Source: Raillietiella orientalis
Taxonomy: Eukaryota
Reading direction: 5' to 3'
Assembly: GCA_036172245.1 (NCBI GenBank)
Contig: JAYWIR010000011.1
Coordinates: forward strand, 3,410,001-3,474,000
Length of the DNA stretch: 64,000 bases
The translations under genes were made by a program, and so were the position numbers. The notes under the pieces are model-generated. The model ran no database searches and was not told the DNA's origin. It was given only the letters and a program-made list of their open reading frames with translations. This document shows positions 58,000 through 64,000 of this stretch, piece by piece (the first letter of the stretch is position 1; each line of letters opens with the position of its first letter).

Positions 58000-60900
58000 G
58001 TTTTTGGATTGGCCTGGAAGCTCAGGACCTTAATGTTGCATTAGGTGCCTGCAAAGCGAGAAAGATTTGCAGTAGCGGTCTGTAGACGGCAGATGGCTTG
58101 TCTCCACCACTGCTCCAGCCTTCAGACGCGGCTGACATCCGAGTGGACTGTTTCTATCAGATCGCACGAGGGAGCAGGTTGCCTGCACTGAGAGTTCACG
58201 TCGGCAGACAGACGTCTTCCCTGCACGACCGAGATGGAAGATCCCAATAGGGAGCCGACTCTCGCAACGCGATCAGTCTATCCCTTTCGAAGCCGAATCC
58301 ATAATCGTAACCAAGGAACCAAGAAGATGCAAGAGAATGGTAGAAGTCACAGCAGCACGGAGTTTGAACGAACAGAGTCCGTTTCCCCGATTGGGTTCCA
58401 AGTGCGCTGAACGAATAAGATGGCTTTCGCTGCCGCTGTCTAAAGTGGCTAAAAGAAAAAAGGAGAGGGACAAAAAAAAAAGAGATCTTGAATGCAAAAA
58501 CGAATCCTCTCAGACTGCTGGAAGAAAGCTTTTCGCTCTGGGGATGGATCAGAGGATCGAAAGCTGCGTCGTGAATCATGTCTCTTGAAAGGGTTGGTCC
58601 AGAATTCAAAGGAGCTGTTCCGCGTCTGCATCCTGCTCGGGGAAGCAATAAATCCGATTTAGGTCTCCTCATACCAAGAGACAGAAGCTTTTGACTCCGC
58701 GTTCGAATCGGAACAAATTATTTGCAGCAATTATTAAATTGCTGCACTCTTTCAGGAGAACGGGCGAAATCATCAGGGCGAACACTCGAGCTATTCCTTG
58801 CTCTGCTTCCAGAGAAAGAAGGGATCCCTGAGAGCACGAAACCCATTCGATGAGAAGAGACCGTTCGCATTCCTCGTGCGTCTTCCTCATTGATTGCTAT
58901 TTGATCCTCTGTGTCCTGCACGTTTGAGCAGGATGAGGAAACTGGATGAAGGAGGAGGCAGAGCGCTTTTGTAGTGTGCCCCTTCGCGGATGCATGTTCG
59001 AGAATATCCGACGATTATGGGAGATTTGGATCCAGGAGGGAGAACTGTAGTCAATCACTCCTTCGTAGAAGAACGAACCCAGACAGGCTAAGAAAGCGCG
59101 AGATAAACCGTGAGATTTTTCTGGAGCTCGAGAGAAACGTTCTTTCGTACCCGTGTCGGATCAGGACCCTCACCTTACGGAAAGCATGATGGAGGTGTGC
59201 AAACAAGAAAGCTACGCTAAAGAATGGGGCTCAACACTTCGCAGCATAAGAAGACCCAAGGAAGGAAATCTCTAATGAAAAATCCAGTTTCCTCAGTGGA
59301 CCATTAGCATATGAAAATAACCTCTTACAAAAAAAAGAAACACTGCAAAGCTCCTGAGATCGATCTCTGAAGTTCCTCATTTCCCGTAAATCCCGAAGAG
59401 AAAATTATTCCATACCTGGTGGCAGCACCCCCACCTTTCTTCCTTATCCAGTAGGAGTGTTCCGAAACTGAAACCCCGATTGAGTTTCCGATTTGAATCC
59501 TGAAGGAAGAGGATGTGCAAGACCACCGCCGAACTTCGAAATCTCGATGTTTTCGGTGGCTTTACTACCGAAGGGTCACGGGAGTTGCCCTCAAGACCAC
59601 GCAGCTCCTGTGCCTTGGTCTAGCTCCCCAAGCTGCTTGGGGATGTAGAACTTTTGCTTCAGCCTGGCTTCAGCCAGCGAAGATAAGCAAGAGACCAGAG
59701 ATGCCTGCGAATGATGCTTGTAACTCTGAGAAGTTCCCTGATACTTTCTTGGATCCGATGCGCCGGAAGTGGATTCGAGAAGGCGCCAACGTCGCGAATT
59801 CCATCCTCTTGAATACTCAGGTAAACGACCTCAATAGGCTTCTGTTGGAGCAGCTAGTGCGAAGACACCGTTCAATTATTAATGATCTTGATCCTACTAT
59901 GGGTATCTTCTCAAGGGAAGTCATAAAAGATTCAAGTACCTCAATAATCCTCTCTGCAGGAATCGGAGTCTCTGCTATGTTTCCTCCTCTCAAAGGTAAC
60001 AGTTCCGAGCGAATGCGTTTCCCCGTACCCGCCAAACCACTGAAAGAGGCCGATAGATTCGTTGCGACGTGACAACCGGTTTAGACGGTTTAGCATCTCG
60101 TCACCGAGATGCTGCGAAACTTACAAGGCCTGCTCTGATCGCAGTGGTTGCGAAATGCATCCAGCCTTCACTTTTCAGAGGCGAGGATGCTCACATTGAG
60201 CGTCTTGTCCGGAAAGACGGATCCAAGAGTTCCGTACCCTCAAAGGCGACGAAAGTAAGATAACCGGATGCAATACCTTTTGGCACAGGAGGCTCAAGTT
60301 AACCTGCGACCTGCGCTCGCTCCGCCACATGGCTGACGTGGTCATGGCGCCACGTCGGTCGGGAATCAACCTAATCATGGTAAGACTCTGTGGTCTGCAT
60401 GTCACAGCATAGCGAAGAGAGACATTCTTTCTCCGCTCTGGAGATCGGCTCTTCTATTTGCCGCCCATGCAAGTGGTGCATACGTCGCTTTGCACGGAGG
60501 TTGCACCTTAGAATGACCATGAACGCAGTGTCATACCTTTGGCCAGAGAACCAGATGGTGGACATCTTGAGGGCTCCACCTGATCTTTTGCTCTGAAAAG
60601 AAGAATGGGAGTAACGACTGGGGGGTTTCCACGGCTTCCCCAGCCACCTGCCTTTTTTTAAGCAGGCACAACTGGACAGCCTCGGCGGACAAGCAATCTG
60701 TTGGGCAGACCTGGGTCAGTCAGTGTGCTCCAGGAGTGTGGATCTTGCAGGTATCCAGGCTACTCGAGGCCTCGTGTTTTCAGGTTCTGGATCGAGAAAT
60801 GGGAGGAACGCAGAGCTGAGTTCGGAGGAGAAAGCAAGGCTTTCGGTTCGCGCAGTTCTTGTGCAGAATAGAACACTGGTGGATATATGCATTGCCATTT

Positions 60901-61000
60901 GCTAAGTGCCTCGAAGATCCGTAATGAAAACAAACGCAGGAATGCGGCGGATGGATGCGCGGGAAGAAGTAATTACTCATCAGCCTTTGCATTGATCAGA
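58000..61000 (-). mobile_element. Highly decayed L1/Tx1-like ORF2 remnant
   Basis: Scattered weak blocks (CIREGA, RLIALRESAPYWDLPS) in RT order; no intact ORF. Confidence 0.3.
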
Positions 61001-61899
61001 TGCAATCGACCCACAAAATGAGGAATTGCCTCCATGTCTTAAACGAATATGAAAAAAGGAATAAAAAATGCCTCGAGGGTATACGGAGGTGACAAAATTG
61101 ATGTCACGGAACACCCAAGGGACACATATTGGGCCACCTTCCAGACAGACAGCAGAAGACAGAAAATGCGTGGTCTAGAAGACGATACGAGCGAGGGTAG
61201 CAAAGAGATTTCAACAGATTAGCTTACGGTTAAGGTAATCTGTATGTAATGAATGAGGTTCTCTGTTGATTTATGAATTCCACACTCCCATTTAAATAGA
61301 ATAGCCACTTCCAACGATGCCGAATTTCTTGTATTCTAGAGCTAATTTTGGTTACAGATTTGTCGAGCTTTTGATCGATTTCCTCCCAACATCCAAGTCG
61401 CAGTTTGATTCCCCTCAGGCTGAACGCTCTTTTTCCTTGGAGAATTTCACACTTTACGTTTAAAATCAGAATGTGGATTTCGAATTTCTCTGCTTCTGAG
61501 ATTCAAGTCAGCTAAAGCCTGCTCCGTTCCAATTCTCTTTAGGTTCGAGTCTCCCTGGAATTTTCTCAGCTCGTTTTGAGTCAGTCTAGCACAAATTCTG
61601 GATCGTCAAAATTTGCAAACACTCACTATTCTATGCACCGGCACTGATCTGAATACTGTGGCGATTACCTTCTAGGACAGATGCCTAGCATTTTATATAA
61701 ATACCAGAAAAATCTACATGATCATTCAAACTTCCAAATATTCCAAATGTTCACCTCATTGATCTACCTCACTCTATCCCACAAGCAGATAAGAGATTCT
61801 CTATTACTTGGAGTTGCTTCGGCAGACGACCTGCTACCCCGTAGCAGTAGCAGACTGCCCAATCAAATCAATTCAGCTTTGGTATCAGTCACTCCTTGC

Positions 61900-64000
61900 A
61901 TAATGAATCGTCTGCTGTGCTTCGAGATTTATCCGAAGAAGCAAAATCGTGCTCGTATGTCGGTATCTATGCAAATCACCTGCTGCTGTGTCGAATCTTT
62001 TGTCTCATCCCTGCTTGTTACCCTGAGCCATAGTTGTGACACTTGAAGAAAGGACTTTGCGCTCCTTGCTAGACGTGCTCCTTTCTTTTTGCAATCAGCC
62101 GGCCACACTGTGCTGGTGGAATAAAATCCGCGTGTGAGGCTCCATTGGTTGCGAATATTGTGGACAAAAAAATTCCATCCGCGGAGATGCGAGTGAATCC
62201 AGGTTTCCAAGTGACAACAGGTCTTCTTCAATTCAATTCTGCTCTTCAGGCTGTAGAATTCCAACCATTCAAATGTTGAGGTCAAACACAAGATTCGTTC
62301 CAGGCAGGGTTTGCTGGAAGCTGGTTTCCTGACCTGTGTATCTCTCGGCAGAGACAAGGCACCCAGTAATGGTAGTGTAGAAAAGTTGCTGAGGTTCCTT
62401 CTGCAAGGCAGCAAGGAAGCATAATAAGTGCCGCAGTGTTCTCCTTTTCTCATGAAAGAGAATCAAGAGAATGGTCCTGAGAGCACCTTTACTATGCAGG
62501 AGGTGTAGCGGAACATGCTTCTCGGCCTTTTGGCTAAGATCGGAGTGGAGTAGGGCCTCTCAGAAGTCGGCGATGAACGCGCTTTCGCTAACAGTTCGTG
62601 AGGTACAACACGCTAACCTTTTCCCCTTTCGACACGGATGCGCGGTCACTACGTGGAGCCGTCAGCACCACGAAACGGACGGCATGGATGATTTTTTTTC
62701 GCTTTCAAAGGCAATTTTTTGACCTTTCTATTACACTACATCCATGGTTATTTATTTTTCATTTTTTTCCCTCTCTGTCTTCCCTGAACGAACCTCGCTG
62801 GCCAGCAGTCTGCTTCCACATTACCTACCCTCTTGTGGTTAGCCCTTTGCATGAATTGGGGTCCTACACGAGTTAAATGTTTGTAGTTTACAACAGCCAC
62901 CTCGAAGAAACTAGGTTCAAGCCGGGTCAAATGTATTTTCCCCCTCAAAGCCGCGTCTTTCTATGGTGAGGTTCACCTTCTATTCTCATCCGTTCGCATC
63001 TCGCAATTTCTTCCGATGGACCTGCGGCAGGAGAGTTCCTGTCTATTTTTCAAATTCCGAAGAGCAATTTCCCAATACTGTTAATTTTAAAGAGGTTTTC
63101 ATCATGTCTTCTTTGCTAAAAGTAACTGAAGTAATAGTTGCGATGCTGCCCTGAAAGATGAAGCCTCAATACTGAGTTTTCACCGCTGCTCAAAGGATTT
63201 GTTTGCTTTGCCTTTATTGAATGGATCCGCACTAACCTGGGGAGACTAAATTTAATATGCTCAATTTATCTAGAGTACATGAGAGGTCAAGAGAAGGTAA
63301 GAGGTTTTGTGACCTGCAAAGGGCATCCTGTTGTTGGAATTCTTTTTGATTAACGCAGTCCTCTCCTTTGTTTGCTTTCGAAGACAATAAGACATTCGTG
63401 AGGAGTGAAGAAAGAAATCTTGGAAGAGAGGACCATTTCAGAGCAAGATGGAGGAATCAAAGAAGAACTGGTATTATTAATCGGAATTATGGAATCGCAT
63501 CCACTCATCCCACTGCAGAAACTATTCTTCCTCGAAGCGATGGCTCCTAGAAAAATTGCCAAATACGTTGCTGCATTTCCATGGGAACATTGCCTTTTGC
63601 GTCGTGGGATTTTGAATTCATACTGTTACAGCGACTGTTATTTCGAAGGTGATTTCTGCTTCCTCAAAGGAAAGTTTCCAGCAACCCTCCGCGTTTGGCT
63701 CTTCGCCGTTTTGTATTCTTTTTAGAAAGAAGTCCACGGCACTCTGTATTGAGCTACTTTTAACAGGCGTTCTGGGAGCAACTATCCCCTGCTCAGAGCA
63801 TGGGTGGAGCAGTCATACATAGCAATGATATTTAGCAAAGTCACTCATTCAATTTTATCATCCTAGTGACCATGGAATGCTCTCAAATGGATCTATTGTT
63901 TTGTGAAGAGGAAAATTTCCTTGTTTGACGTCCAGGAAACGAACGAAAGCGCAGGTGGACATGTTGCATCATAGGAGCAGAATGATAGAGCAGGGAAGAG
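61900..64000 (-). mobile_element. Decayed L1/Tx1-like ORF2 (RT to zinc finger)
   Basis: Minus-strand KRIPTTGCPL (GIxQGCPL-like, ~63320-63345), DAALRGKIHLTRL (LSL.G+..+ block, ~62920-62960) and a downstream LP.D...C..C region. Confidence 0.55.

Overview
Eukaryotic (invertebrate, probably arthropod) nuclear DNA with two sharply different compartments. An AT-rich, visibly CpG-poor core (~21-42 kb) holds compact genes with mostly 41-55 nt introns: DNMT1 (+, 22200-27461), BROX (-, 27478-29069), a divergent TP53INP/DOR-like gene (+, 32327-33536) and FANCA-like (-, 33565-39140). They form two tail-to-tail pairs whose stop codons are only 16 and 28 nt apart. A fifth gene (signal peptide + coiled coil + MATH domain, +, 41429-45570) straddles the compositional boundary. 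The GC-rich flanks (1-21 kb, 42-64 kb) consist of decayed transposons: many L1/Tx1-like fragments, a hAT fossil carrying a mitochondrial nad2 insertion, a BEL/Pao remnant and possible piggyBac and Penelope remnants. The most notable observation is a ~0.9 kb tRNA-headed repeat present four times. Three copies carry a 5'-truncated Tx1-like retrotransposon at the same site ~90 bp downstream of the tRNA-like head (an 11-bp target-site duplication is visible in two), and one copy is empty. This suggests a target-specific retrotransposon/host-repeat system. All homology calls come from manual translation and motif recognition, not database searches, and transposon boundaries are approximate.
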